Below the pieces are notes generated by a model. The model was not told where the DNA came from and ran no database searches. It saw only the letters and a list, made by a program, of their open reading frames with translations. A stretch of DNA of 63,401 nt, counting the filler, from Octopus bimaculoides (taxonomy: Eukaryota): assembly GCF_001194135.2 (NCBI RefSeq). It is 6 parts of 6 records of this genome, joined end to end, with 100 filler letters (N's around TTAATTAATTAA, not from the genome) between each part and the next. Parts side by side here need not be neighbours in the genome. Positions count along the whole stretch, not along the records: positions 46,303 to 53,267 come from NW_026390533.1; positions 53,368 to 60,508 come from NC_068988.1; positions 60,609 to 63,401 come from NC_069004.1; 3 more parts are not named here. One strand, given 5' to 3'. How positions within the stretch are numbered: the stretch's first letter is position 1; every line of letters begins with the position of its first letter. Positions 51,924 through 63,401 of the stretch are shown in pieces. The translations under genes and the position numbers were made by a program.

Positions 51924-52190
51924 GGTATTCCTAAGATACACAAAAATGAGATCATAAGTAATGCATGCAGGAGAGCCTCAGACATTATAATCAAGGTACC
52001 TACTCCTAATGACCTTAAATTAAGACCTATAATAGCAGGTCCCACATGCGAAACCCACTGCATCAGTAACTTTTTAGATACCGTCTTAAAACCATTCTTC
52101 AATCATGTCAAAAGCTATATAAGGGACGACCTAGATATACTCAATCACCTCTCTAAAACAATAAATTTTAAACTTGTCTAACTGGTTGTA
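51924..52190 (+). mobile_element. Penelope-like RT fragment, inverted relative to the adjacent 3' part
   Basis: GIPKIHK...LRPIIAGPTCETHCISNFLDTVLKPFFNHVKSYIRDDLDILNHL (ORF 51915..52181). Confidence 0.85.
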
Positions 52191-52209
52191 CTTTCAGATA
52201 TATATATTT

Positions 52210-52255
<46 letters not shown>

Positions 52256-52832
52256 NNNNNNNNNNNNNNNNNNNNNNNNNNNNNNNNNNNNNNNNNNNNN
52301 NNNNNNNNNNNNNNNNNNNNNNNNNNNNNNNNNNNNNNNNNNNNNNNNNNNNNNNNNNNNNNNNNNNNNNNNNNNNNNNNNNNNNNNNNNNNNNNNNNNN
52401 NNNNNNNNNNNNNNNNNNNNNNNNNNNNNNNNNNNNNNNNNNNNNNNNNNNNNNNNNNNNNNNNNNNNNNNNNNNNNNNNNNNNNNNNNNNNNNNNNNNN
52501 NNNNNNNNNNNNNNNNNNNNNNNNNNNNNNNNNNNNNNNNNNNNNNNNNNNNNNNNNNNNNNNNNNNNNNNNNNNNNNNNNNNNNNNNNNNNNNNNNNNN
52601 NNNNNNNNNNNNNNNNNNNNNNNNNNNNNNNNNNNNNNNNNNNNNNNNNNNNNNNNNNNNNNNNNNNNNNNNNNNNNNNNNNNNNNNNNNNNNNNNNNNN
52701 NNNNNNNNNNNNNNNNNNNNNNNNNNNNNNNNNNNNNNNNNNNNNNNNNNNNNNNNNNNNNNNNNNNNNNNNNNNNNNNNNNNNNNNNNNNNNNNNNNNN
52801 NNNNNNNNNNNNNNNNNNNNNNNNNNNNNNNN

Positions 52833-52990
52833 AAATTTCCATACAGCACAATCCACAGCCATATCTACTATTTCTATAAGGTTGTGCTCTCCTGACAATT
52901 TCCCATTTAAGATTAAAATCGATACCATTTTCCTTCAATTCCCAAATTTTATTAGATAATGATGTGCTATTGGCTTTATGTTTAAGTCTA
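52833..52990 (-). mobile_element. Fragment of another Penelope GIY-YIG C-terminus
   Basis: KENGIDFNLKWEIVRRAQPYRNSRYGCGLCCME, cut by a gap. Confidence 0.6.
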
Positions 52991-53267
52991 AATGAAGAAA
53001 AATGATTATATAATCGTTGTTTAAGGTTGATTGTGCAAACAACATAAATGAAATTATTAGTTGGAGTAGTTACTGTACATTTATAGACTACATTACGGGT
53101 TAAACAACAGCCAGATACCGGACAGTGGGCTTTAATTCTACAATTGCAATTAAGGGGCTTATTAGCTATACATATATTGCTATGTTGATTATTGATACAA
53201 GTATCTAAATTAGTTACATCAGTATTGTTGGTTGTATTACTGGATATGCAATTGATATTGTTTGAGC

Positions 53268-53367
53268 NNNNNNNNNNNNNNNNNNNNNNNNNNNNNNNNN
53301 NNNNNNNNNNNTTAATTAATTAANNNNNNNNNNNNNNNNNNNNNNNNNNNNNNNNNNNNNNNNNNNN
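53268..53367. other. Artificial scaffold join (N44-TTAATTAATTAA-N44)
   Basis: Same spacer as at 22868. Confidence 0.95.
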
Positions 53368-53420
<53 letters not shown>

Positions 53421-53674
53421 CGTGTGTGTGTATGTGTGTGATTGTGTGCGTGTGTGTGTATGTGTGTGATTGTGTGCGTGTGTGTGTATGTGTGTCTGTG
53501 TTTGTGTGTGTGTGTTTGTGTGTACGTTCATAAATGTATGTCGCAAGATTCCTGTAGTGAACAAATGTGTTGAAACAGATATCGTTGTATTTCGGGGCGG
53601 ACTTATTTTTCTTTTTCCACATAAGCACACGCACTATATATTAGTTCTTCAACGAATATATAGGGCGTGTCAGG

Positions 53675-54100
53675 TGGCGAGCCGGTAGAAACGTTAGCAC
53701 GCTGGGCGAAATGCTTCACGGTATTTTGTCTGCCGTTACGTTTGAGTTCAAATTCCGCCGAGGTCGACTTTGCCTTTCATCTTTCGGAATCGATTAAATA
53801 AGTATCAGTTACGCACTGGCGTCCATATAATAGACTTAATCCGTTTGTCTGTCCTTGTTTGTGCCCTCGGTGCGTAGCCCCTTGTGGGCAGTAAAAAATA
53901 AGAAACGTTAGAACGCGGGGCGAAATGCTCAGCGGTATTTGGTCTGTCTTTACGTTTCAAGTTCACATTCCGCCGTGGTCGACTTTGCCTTTCATCATTT
54001 CGGGGTCAATTAATTAAGTACCAGATGTCTAATAAGCTCGATGTAATAGACTGGGCACGCCGCCCCAAAAAGTTCGGTCTTTGTGCTTAGAGTAGAAAAG
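53675..54100 (+). mobile_element. Two tandem family A SINEs with different 3' tails
   Basis: First copy ends in the GTCTGTCCTTGTTTGT...GCCCCTTGTGGGCAGTAAA tail, second in the CCCCAAAA...TTGTGC..AGAGTAGAAAAGAA tail. Confidence 0.75.
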
Positions 54101-54661
54101 AATGTCTAATGTCTCTGTTTATTTGCTAAAAGAATGAAAGGGAGATCCCGAAATAGAACAATANNNNNNNNNNNNNNNNNNNNNNNNNNNNNNNNNNNNN
54201 NNNNNNNNNNNNNNNNNNNNNNNNNNNNNNNNNNNNNNNNNNNNNNNNNNNNNNNNNNNNNNNNNNNNNNNNNNNNNNNNNNNNNNNNNNNNNNNNNNNN
54301 NNNNNNNNNNNNNNNNNNNNNNNNNNNNNNNNNNNNNNNNNNNNNNNNNNNNNNNNNNNNNNNNNNNNNNNNNNNNNNNNNNNNNNNNNNNNNNNNNNNN
54401 NNNNNNNNNNNNNNNNNNNNNNNNNNNNNNNNNNNNNNNNNNNNNNNNNNNNNNNNNNNNNNNNNNNNNNNNNNNNNNNNNNNNNNNNNNNNNNNNNNNN
54501 NNNNNNNNNNNNNNNNNNNNNNNNNNNNNNNNNNNNNNNNNNNNNNNNNNNNNNNNNNNNNNNNNNNNNNNNNNNNNNNNNNNNNNNNNNNNNNNNNNNN
54601 NNNNNNNNNNNNNNNNNNNNNNNNNNNNNNNNNNNNNNNNNNNNNNNNNNNNNNNNNNNNN

Positions 54662-54746
<85 letters not shown>

Positions 54747-55481
54747 CATATATTTAAAAATACCTATATATGTGTGTTTCAGTGACTAAACCATAGATGG
54801 AAGCATTTTTATATACTGAATCACTAAGAATATTCTAAAATGGTATACACTTCCTGTGGTTCAATTTGACTCTCTCTAACACATTCTGTATAGTTAACAA
54901 TGGGACACAATCTCTAGTTGTATTGGTATACATGTATGTATTTGTATGTATGCATATCTATATGCGTGTGTGTACATACGTGTGAATGTATATATGTGTG
55001 AGTGGATAGAGCTTACTATGCCTGTTTCAATGGAAAGTAATTGAATACGCTTTACGTATCGGAAAACGCGCGTAGATAATACTATTAAAATCCTATCACG
55101 GTTTTATACATAAACGCTAAAAATAATGAATTGGCGCCATTCAGCATTTCTTTTTAAATGCAGCTTTTGGAAGGAGCCAATTTCATTATTACGATATATT
55201 TATCTCACTAAATACAAGCCAAAATGCATTCTTCTATATTTGACATCTTATTCAATTACTGTTGGTCGAATACCGAATGACTACATACAGGGTCTACAAA
55301 CACACACTCAAACGCAGACACACACACACACACACACACCCACACACACACACACACACACACACCCACACANNNNNNNNNNATATATATATATATGTAT
55401 ATATATGTATGTATGTAAGTATGTATGTATGTATATATATAATGTTTATGTACATTTAAACACAAAAAGTAGTGACCGTTG

Positions 55482-55962
55482 ACAGGCCGCCTTACATGAT
55501 AGAAGGAGCAGTCAAAACGTCCAAAACCACATTTAAGAGCAATTTCGAAGGCAATGAAAAATTAAAAAAAAACTTTTACCATATTTTTTCAAGCCAGACC
55601 TAGGTTTCGAACTTTGATTAGCAAATAAAAAAAAAATTACCAAGTTTTTCTACCCTATATTAATTTAAGAATATGATTTTAGTAATTTCTGAAGTTAGTC
55701 GGTTTGCGCGGTGAATTTGAAAAATTATAATATATAATGATGAGATGCATGTTATTCTGTCGCTAAATTAGATGTTAATGTATGGCGTACCCAATGATGA
55801 GAACTTCGCCTAGCACATAAATTTATTCGCTAATTAAATTTCGAAAACTAGGTCTGCCTGTAAAAAGCATGGTAAAAGTTTGTTTTTATTCCCTTCTAAA
55901 TTGCTCTTAAATGTGCTTTTGGACGTTTTTTACTGCTCCTTCTATCATGTAAAGTGGCCTGT
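55482..55962. mobile_element. MITE with ~145-bp terminal inverted repeats
   Basis: ACAGGCCGCCTTACATGATAGAAGGAGCAG...ATTAGCAAATAAA (55482-55630) mirrors TTTATTCGCTAAT...CTGCTCCTTCTATCATGTAAAGTGGCCTGT (55820-55962). No clear TSD. Confidence 0.8.
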
Positions 55963-56399
55963 TTAAGGGTCACCTCCTTTTGTGTTTAAACGTACACTAA
56001 TTTTATATGGAAAATATGTTGTCTTTTGACTTTTTATACATGCTAGGCCACTGTGGTGTTGCAGGTGGATGAAGCGGGCCTGCCCGAGCGTGGACATCCA
56101 GAGGTGTCCTTTGCTGGCATGGTCTGCTGTCCTGTGGGTGTTGTATCGCTGTTGCAGGCGATAAATGGTGCTGATATTGTACATTGTAATTTTTCCCAAC
56201 AAACAGGGCACGGTGCCCTACTTGTATGCATGTTAGTATATCTGCAGGAGCTGAGTTGCGGTCAGTGTTTGGTGTGGCAGGATGAGTGCTAATGTTTGCG
56301 GACGTAGGCTGGGTAGAGTGGGGTAGAGTGGGAGTAGAATGGGGTGGAGTGGGGTAGATTGGGGTAGGGTGAGGAAATAGTGTGGGTTGAATGAAGCCT

Positions 56400-56700
56400 A
56401 GTATCAGTGGGGTGGTGTTTCTAGTTTTTGGTCTTTCTCTTGGCAACTGTCGTCCATACGTTCTCTTTTGATTCGTCACTTGTCTTCTTTTCCTCCGCAT
56501 TTCTCGTTGCAGTCGGCAGATCTGCGATTTCCTTCACCACTGGTGTTTTTACGGGAGGTGAAAAGCATCCTGCTCTTATCTGGCACGTTTCGTCACACTT
56601 GAAACAATGAGGCTTTCTGCCATTTACCACAACCTTAAACCTTTATTCACCTACCAGTGACTTGAGTAGTATTAGGAGAAAATGTGTATATATGATTACA
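56400..56700 (-). mobile_element. Probable LINE ORF1/gag-like relic with degenerate CCHC zinc knuckle
   Basis: VNGRKPHCFKCDETCQIRAGC (ORF 56421..56630) fits C-x2-C-x4-H-x4-C with the His lost. Confidence 0.5.
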
Positions 56701-57749
56701 TGCACCTTCTTCCAGACAAAGTGCTCAATCTACAGAGATCGAAATGTTATCAAATGTTGGTGTGTAGTGTGAGATGTCAATTGGGCATGAAGTAACTTCT
56801 TATTAGGTCATGTTTCTATTGAGTAATATCAGGCAAATCTCCTTTAACTTGAAGTTTATTACATAGCGAGAATATCAGTTGAATGGATTTATTAAACTGA
56901 TTTATATTTTCGTGTTAAAGTGAAGGAATCAGAATAAAATATTAAAAATTATTTAGTAAGAGATTGCTTCCAATGTTACATTTTGATAAGGCGGTAAGCT
57001 GGTAGAAACGACACCACACCGGGCAGATTTCAAATTTCTCCGAGATCGACATCATGTCGATTAAACAAGTACTAGTTGAGCACTGTTGAGCATTAAGTTT
57101 GCTTAATTGCTTGGTATTGTACCTTGTTCATCTTTTGTTTGTTTTAGGCGTAATATACTGATCTTTTCTCTACATGGGTTATTCATAGTGTATGAATAAA
57201 TCGTTATGTTCTATAATTTCATACGCACGCCACTAACTAATAAAGCTATGAATTAAATCAGTGTGTGTTTCATCAATGTTGGTAAAATAACTTCTTTCAA
57301 TGGAACAAATGACACACACTAAAGGACGTGGCAAATCTAGTGGCGTTAGCCTTCGGTCTATGAAACAAATAGCCGGATGTTACTTATGCATAGTGTATAA
57401 TTATACAGAATATGCAAGTTTACGGAACATATGGCTGAATTTGCTTACAACATCCTGTGACGAATATTCTGAAGATAATAACAAACGAAAAAGTATTTCC
57501 ACAGACAAGTATTCGAATCAATATCTCGAAATATTGTTTATTCAAGTTTGACTTTGCAATACATTTCTTATTCTTTATAAAATGCAAAGAAATATGTACC
57601 ACAAGTTTCCCGTTAATTATTTATCATTGTGAATGTGAATCATATAATTGTGATATCTAGCAAAATAATCATTGAATATAAGTACTTTTTAAACAAACAT
57701 TAAGTTTGAAAATATTTAAGCGAAAATAGATAAGTTGATAGACTGTTAA

Positions 57750-58030
57750 GTCCATCTTCATTCTATTGTTCACAGAGATGTAGGATATTAGAATATATAA
57801 AAACAAATCAGTAACAATGTTTCTTTCTACTTTCGGCTTGTACTTTTGGTGCCTTTGTTTGCAGTGAATCTTTATTTTATGTGGTGGTTATCTGGTAAAT
57901 TCTCCTCTACTTTGCGGCCGATATAAAACAATTGTAATATGATGTTCATGTCTGCAATCGTAATTTAAATCACATTTGTTTTATTTACCTCTTGTAGATC
58001 TAAGGTTTTCATAGCTGTTTTAGTGCCGAT
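57750..58030 (-). mobile_element. Possible old Penelope GIY-YIG relic
   Basis: KKYYIG, HHIK*RF and KYKPK...LYIL...VNNR across shifted frames. Confidence 0.35.
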
Positions 58031-58318
58031 GTAATATTTCTTCAGTGTTATTTTATCCTTTGCAATTATATATATTGAATGATTTATTCAGTGATTGTTA
58101 TTATAGTCATTTTACTGTTATCGTCTCTTCGATGTGTAGTGTGTGTATTTTTAATAGATGTAATATTTTAAGTATTTGTTATAGTTTGAACTTGTGTTGT
58201 CTTTGTTTTATTTTGGGCCTGTTTGCATCCGGTGCATCACTTGTGTTGCCCACAACGTTATCGAAACTGCACAGACAGAAAGACGGAGAGACACACTTAC
58301 CCACACACCCGCACATAT

Positions 58319-58371
<53 letters not shown>

Positions 58372-60009
58372 NNNNNNNNNNNNNNNNNNNNNNNNNNNNN
58401 NNNNNNNNNNNNNNNNNNNNNNNNNNNNNNNNNNNNNNNNNNNNNNNNNNNNNNNNNNNNNNNNNNNNNNNNNNNNNNNNNNNNNNNNNNNNNNNNNNNN
58501 NNNNNNNNNNNNNNNNNNNNNNNNNNNNNNNNNNNNNNNNNNNNNNNNNNNNNNNNNNNNNNNNNNNNNNNNNNNNNNNNNNNNNNNNNNNNNNNNNNNN
58601 NNNNNNNNNNNNNNNNNNNNNNNNNNNNNNNNATATAGATATATATAGATATATATACATACAGATACATACAACAAAAGAGGAAATTCAAAAATGAGAC
58701 ATGTATATGTTTATAGTTCTTTCATAATTGGAATGTCTACATTGATAAAATAAAGTTTGAATGTATCCAGTAATTAGGTTTTGATAAACATATTGCAATG
58801 TATTATGTTTATCAGGAATGTTGTTACAGTAGCCATTTTGAAAATATATGGTTTTTCTTTATCTGGAATTCAATAGACAATATTTAATCGTGAATAACAA
58901 TTAAACGGATTATATCAGACATTTTCCGCACAGGATAAGCCTAATCTGATGCTATCACACTCGATATCTCACACAGTGTAAATTAATTATCTAAGTTTTA
59001 ATTACAAATGTGTTTTTAAAGTAAAAAACTACACTTAGATCATCGTGCTTATAATAGGGATGTTTATTTAACCATTCCTGGAAAGTAGAAATTACAAGTA
59101 AATTACTGGTAGTATGTGAATTCAGTCTGACCAAACTAAATTACAGTGTTTATTTATTCAGTCGACTCTAATATTCAATAATTCTGTATACTGTTATTAG
59201 AGGAAATCTGTACAATTTCATAATATTATTTGTGATAAAGTACTAGAAAGACAGATAAACTAAAGGATACAAGTATAATTATATTTCGGAATTAATTTAC
59301 AAAATTATTTTAACATACGTCTTTCCAGATAATACAAAATGATTGAATGTTTCATAATAAAACTCAGTTCACAATAAAATCCTTCTAATCTTCTTTTTTT
59401 TAAAAATGTTGATGGAAGAGGAATCTAATCAATTTATAAATACAAGACTATCTATTGAATTATTATGAATTCTAATAATATCTTTGCATTCATTACTAAC
59501 TGACTTTGCTTCCTGCTATGTTGTAAGTCATATCTATTAAATACCGTCCGTGTCTCGGATATGAATTAATATATGAAATTCTATAGATAACCTACACGAA
59601 ATATAATGTAACTTTCCAACCTATAACTTTCTCACAGCATGAGATAAAGTATAAACATGTTGCCAAATGAAATTTCATTTATGAACTTAAATATTTAGAA
59701 TCTGTTATTAATTACATATCAATTAAATACAACACCCTGGCGTCAAGTTAAAAGCAGACAAGTTAAAAAAAAACAATACCTATGGTGAGTCTTATGACAA
59801 ACGAGACATTATAGATACTGTTAAATATCATTAAAAAAAAAGGCTTGCATTCAGCAATTAATTGTATGCTTCAGGATATGGGGTTGAAATGCGATTTATA
59901 TTATCATAATTCCGTCTCGACACACTAAAGTCTTTCAGCAAGAAAAATCATAAAGAAACGCTGTTTTTTATTAAGTAATACTAAAAAAATTTCATTGATT
60001 ACATGAATA

Positions 60010-60508
60010 AAGAAGAGACCAGTAGAAAGCATAAAAACAAACCCCAAGGCTTTCTATAGATTTGCAAAAGAGACTGCTACGGTACAATATAAGATAGGTC
60101 CCCTATTCCTGCCTAATGGCTCACTGACTGCAGATCCCACATTGATAAGTGAAGTGCTCAGTACACAAATCAAGAGTGTCTTCACTTCTCCTCTGAGTCA
60201 CATGCAGATAAAGAACCCAGCTGATATCGTTGACAATAGCACTCAGCAGAAAAAAGACTGCACCCATTACCTACATTGGCATTGAAGAGGAAGATGTAAT
60301 AGCTGCCATAAATGAAATGAGCTCAAATTCGGCAACTGGCCCCGATGGTTTCCCAGCTGTCCTCTTAAAGTCGTGTAAACAAGAACTAGCAGGACCACTC
60401 CGGATACTCTTCCAGAGTTTCCTTGCAAATGGTAAACTTCCCAAAAAGCTGAAGGAAGGCATCATATCTCCTATCCATAAAGGTGGAAGCAGAGCAGAGG
60501 CTGGGAAC
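60010..60508 (+). mobile_element. CR1-like LINE ORF2 fragment (region leading into RT)
   Basis: IKTNPKAFYRFA, IGPLFLPNGSLT, SVFT, NSATGPDGFPAVLLK and IISPIHKGGSR (ORF 60230..60556), cut by the join. Confidence 0.8.
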
Positions 60509-60608
60509 NNNNNNNNNNNNNNNNNNNNNNNNNNNNNNNNNNNNNNNNNNNNTTAATTAATTAANNNNNNNNNNNNNNNNNNNNNNNNNNNNNNNNNNNN
60601 NNNNNNNN
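60509..60608. other. Artificial scaffold join (N44-TTAATTAATTAA-N44)
   Basis: Same spacer as at 22868. Confidence 0.95.
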
Positions 60609-61091
60609 TACCCAGATTACATATACTCCATCTCCACCATTTTTTTTTTCTATGAAAATTTTATTAGCGTATCTATAATTTACATCTTCCAAGACGATCG
60701 ATTCGTTAATTGCACAAATATGTAACCAGTTGGCTACTAATAAAGGCGTAGAATTGAACCGGTGAATGTTATTCATATTAGCGCAGTGACTCTCTCTAGA
60801 CAACGCGATTTGTTTCAACACACGAATTCACATAAAGAATCTTGCAAACCAAATACAAAAACGTTTATATAGCATTTCAAACGAAACAAAGTCGGGCATA
60901 CTTCCGCGTGTATGTTCCCCCATAACCACGACCACCACCACTGATTTTGTTGCCTCATACCTTCCAGAAAAATGGATATTTTTGTATGAACTTTTCAACA
61001 AATACGCTTCAGGTATTTTATTAGAATTTTAGGATTATATTAGAATTTGCTGTGTAAAAAAATATTTCGTGAATAGAAAGAGGAGTTTCGG

Positions 61092-61207
61092 GGCACTATC
61101 ATGCTATTAGCTGTCAGAAATGAAAGTGCTCACTGCCTGCATGCCTGTTGCTGGCCTGTCGATTCTTTGGCTACTGACAGCTAATACCATGACTGGCCGG
61201 AGCGAGC

Positions 61208-61250
<43 letters not shown>

Positions 61251-61660
61251 ATTACTCGAAAGTTCGCGCGTCCGCGCTAGCTAGTCGTGAGTGGTCGATC
61301 CTATTATTTTTAAACTTCAAACTTCATTTGTTTTCTATTTTGATAAATTCTCTCTGTTGAAAATTATATTTTTATATTTTAAATAATTTGCAATTTCAGG
61401 AAATATGTTTTTATATTAAATTTGTGTTTTCTACTCACGACTAGCTAGCGCGGACGCGCGAACTTTCGAGTAATAGATAGATAGAGAGATAGAGAGAGAC
61501 AGACAGACAGACAGACATATAGCTCGCTCCGGCCAGTCATGGTATCAGCTGTCAGTAGCCAAAGAATCGACAGGCCAGCAACAGGCAGACAGGCAGACAG
61601 ACAGATACTTCACTAGCAGTGAGCACTTTCACTTCTGACAGCCAATAGCATGACAGTGCC
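61092..61660. mobile_element. Foldback MITE with ~200-230-bp TIRs and 8-bp TSD, Merlin-like termini
   Basis: Termini GGCACT...AGTGCC. AGTTTCGG at 61084-61091 and 61661-61668. Arms 61092-61292 and 61433-61660 are reverse complements around a 140-bp AT-rich spacer. Confidence 0.88.
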
Positions 61661-63401
61661 AGTTTCGGAAAATTCACACAAGTCGGTTTTGTTGTCTGAT
61701 AACTTTCAGAAAAATGGGTATTTTTTAATAAAATCTTTATATAAATATCTTTTGGAGCATGAAGATTACGCTTATATTGGAATTTAATATGAAAAACAAA
61801 ATTGGTGGACTCGTACCCGTACATACTAACACACATCATATATATATCTACAAAATGAAACTGGAAGTTTCGAACAAAAATTGTGATGCATATGTGCGTG
61901 TGTGCTCACCAATTTTCTTTTTCGTATTAAGTAACGATAGAACCGTAATTTACAGACTCTGAAAGGTTTTTGTAGAATATTTCGTTTTAAAAAATACCCA
62001 TTCTTCCGAAAGTTATAAGGAGACAAGGCCGACTTGTGTGAATTTTCCGAAACTCCTCGCCTCAACACAAATTCCAATATAATTGGAATCTACACCATCT
62101 GAAGTGTATTTGTTGAAAATTTCATAGAAAATCGTCTATTTTTCTGGAAGTTATGAGGCAACAAAGTTAATTAGAGGTATACCCAAGTCGTTATTACCAT
62201 ATACATACAGACACAGGTAAAGACATACACGCGCGCGCACTCACTCACGCGTACACACACACACGCACAGGTGAGAGGTATATATAACTCAGTTAAAAAC
62301 ACTGATTCCCGCGTGCAATGGCGCACACACGACACATATAGTAATGGCACGTGGTCTATTGTTTCCGACAGTATGAAAGATGAGATGAGGTACCTAAACC
62401 CAGCTAAGACCGGTTTAAACCATCATGGACAATTGTTGCTCTTATTAAGGGATTTCTCTCGTCTGGGTCGCCTTGACCCAGAACAAAACAAAGCCAGTAC
62501 GCCTGAAAGAACCGGATGCAGGGTTTGCAATGCACACCCGCTCTTCTTTTAGGCTTGATGATTCCTTTTAGGTTGTTGATTCCTTAAGTTCATCCGGACT
62601 TCTTGACTTGCGTGTATGTGTGTTGTTGGGGTATTCATCCATCTTCCACTCTGCGGTGTAATGTGGCTGATTTTCTCGTAGGTGCGGCCCAACTTGAAGC
62701 GGTATTGGCTCACCTTTTTAGCAGATACTACGTACACATGCACGCTTACATTGTGCACCTGCGTATAATTAACAAGCCTGACTGCTTGGCCGGTGTAGCA
62801 TAAATTATAGTAATTGTTCTTTCTTTCTTTGGCAGTTTATTGCTTTTTGTTGAGAAATTTGAAAGCTATAAATCAAATGACAACACATACATATACTTAT
62901 GTATGCATACACACATACATGCATGTTGGCGGCTCGCTTTACCGAGGTGTCGGAGGATGTCCGTAAGGGTGCTTGGCTGTTCAACGCCTTAGACACGCCA
63001 TCTCCCGCGGTAATGCCGCGAGCATGATTGCTTGTTTCCGTAGGTTGCGTTGAACTTTGTTGTGTACGACCAATTGAAGCACTTACTGTTGAATTGATAT
63101 TTCTTTTCTTTCGTTTTCCTTCTTCCTCTTTTTTATTTTTCTCTCTTCGATCAGTCTGGGGTCTTCTTCGGTTTTGAAGCTGTATTTTTATATGGTTTTG
63201 TTCTATATTTGTATCATACATATGTAACAGAGGCAAAGAATTCACACACCACCCATTTTTGGCGTAACCCTAACCCTAAACGCCGAGTGCCCGTATTCAT
63301 TACCTTCGCCCGTGTTATATATGTAATTATTAAATTATCTAAATTATCAATAAAAGAAAAGGGGCGGAATTCTAGTTTAAATCCCCCATATAACTCCTCG
63401 T

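Overview
AT-rich, microsatellite-dense animal genomic DNA. Its SINE/LINE families look like Octopus (inferred from repeat style, not proven). The window is six pieces joined by five identical artificial 100-bp spacers (44 N + TTAATTAATTAA + 44 N), so continuity across them cannot be assumed. Piece 1 (1-22867) holds seven internal + strand coding exons of the meiotic MutS homologue MSH4 (566 nt, GLLDVARR to TGPNM). One of them is a 13-nt frame-setting microexon the ORF track misses. The gene stops just before the Walker A GKS, and I found no further MSH4 exon. Piece 1 is strongly CpG-depleted, while most later pieces are not. The rest is mainly transposon debris: tRNA-derived SINEs (families A, B, C here), RTE, CR1-like and RLE-type LINEs, Penelope elements, mariner relics and several MITEs. 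The most notable items are the MSH4 microexon, a C4HC3 PHD finger inside the RTE polymerase ORF, a Merlin-like foldback MITE with a perfect 8-bp TSD, and a Penelope element with an internal inversion. Exon, TSD and linker coordinates were counted by hand. Degenerate repeat boundaries are approximate (tens of bp).
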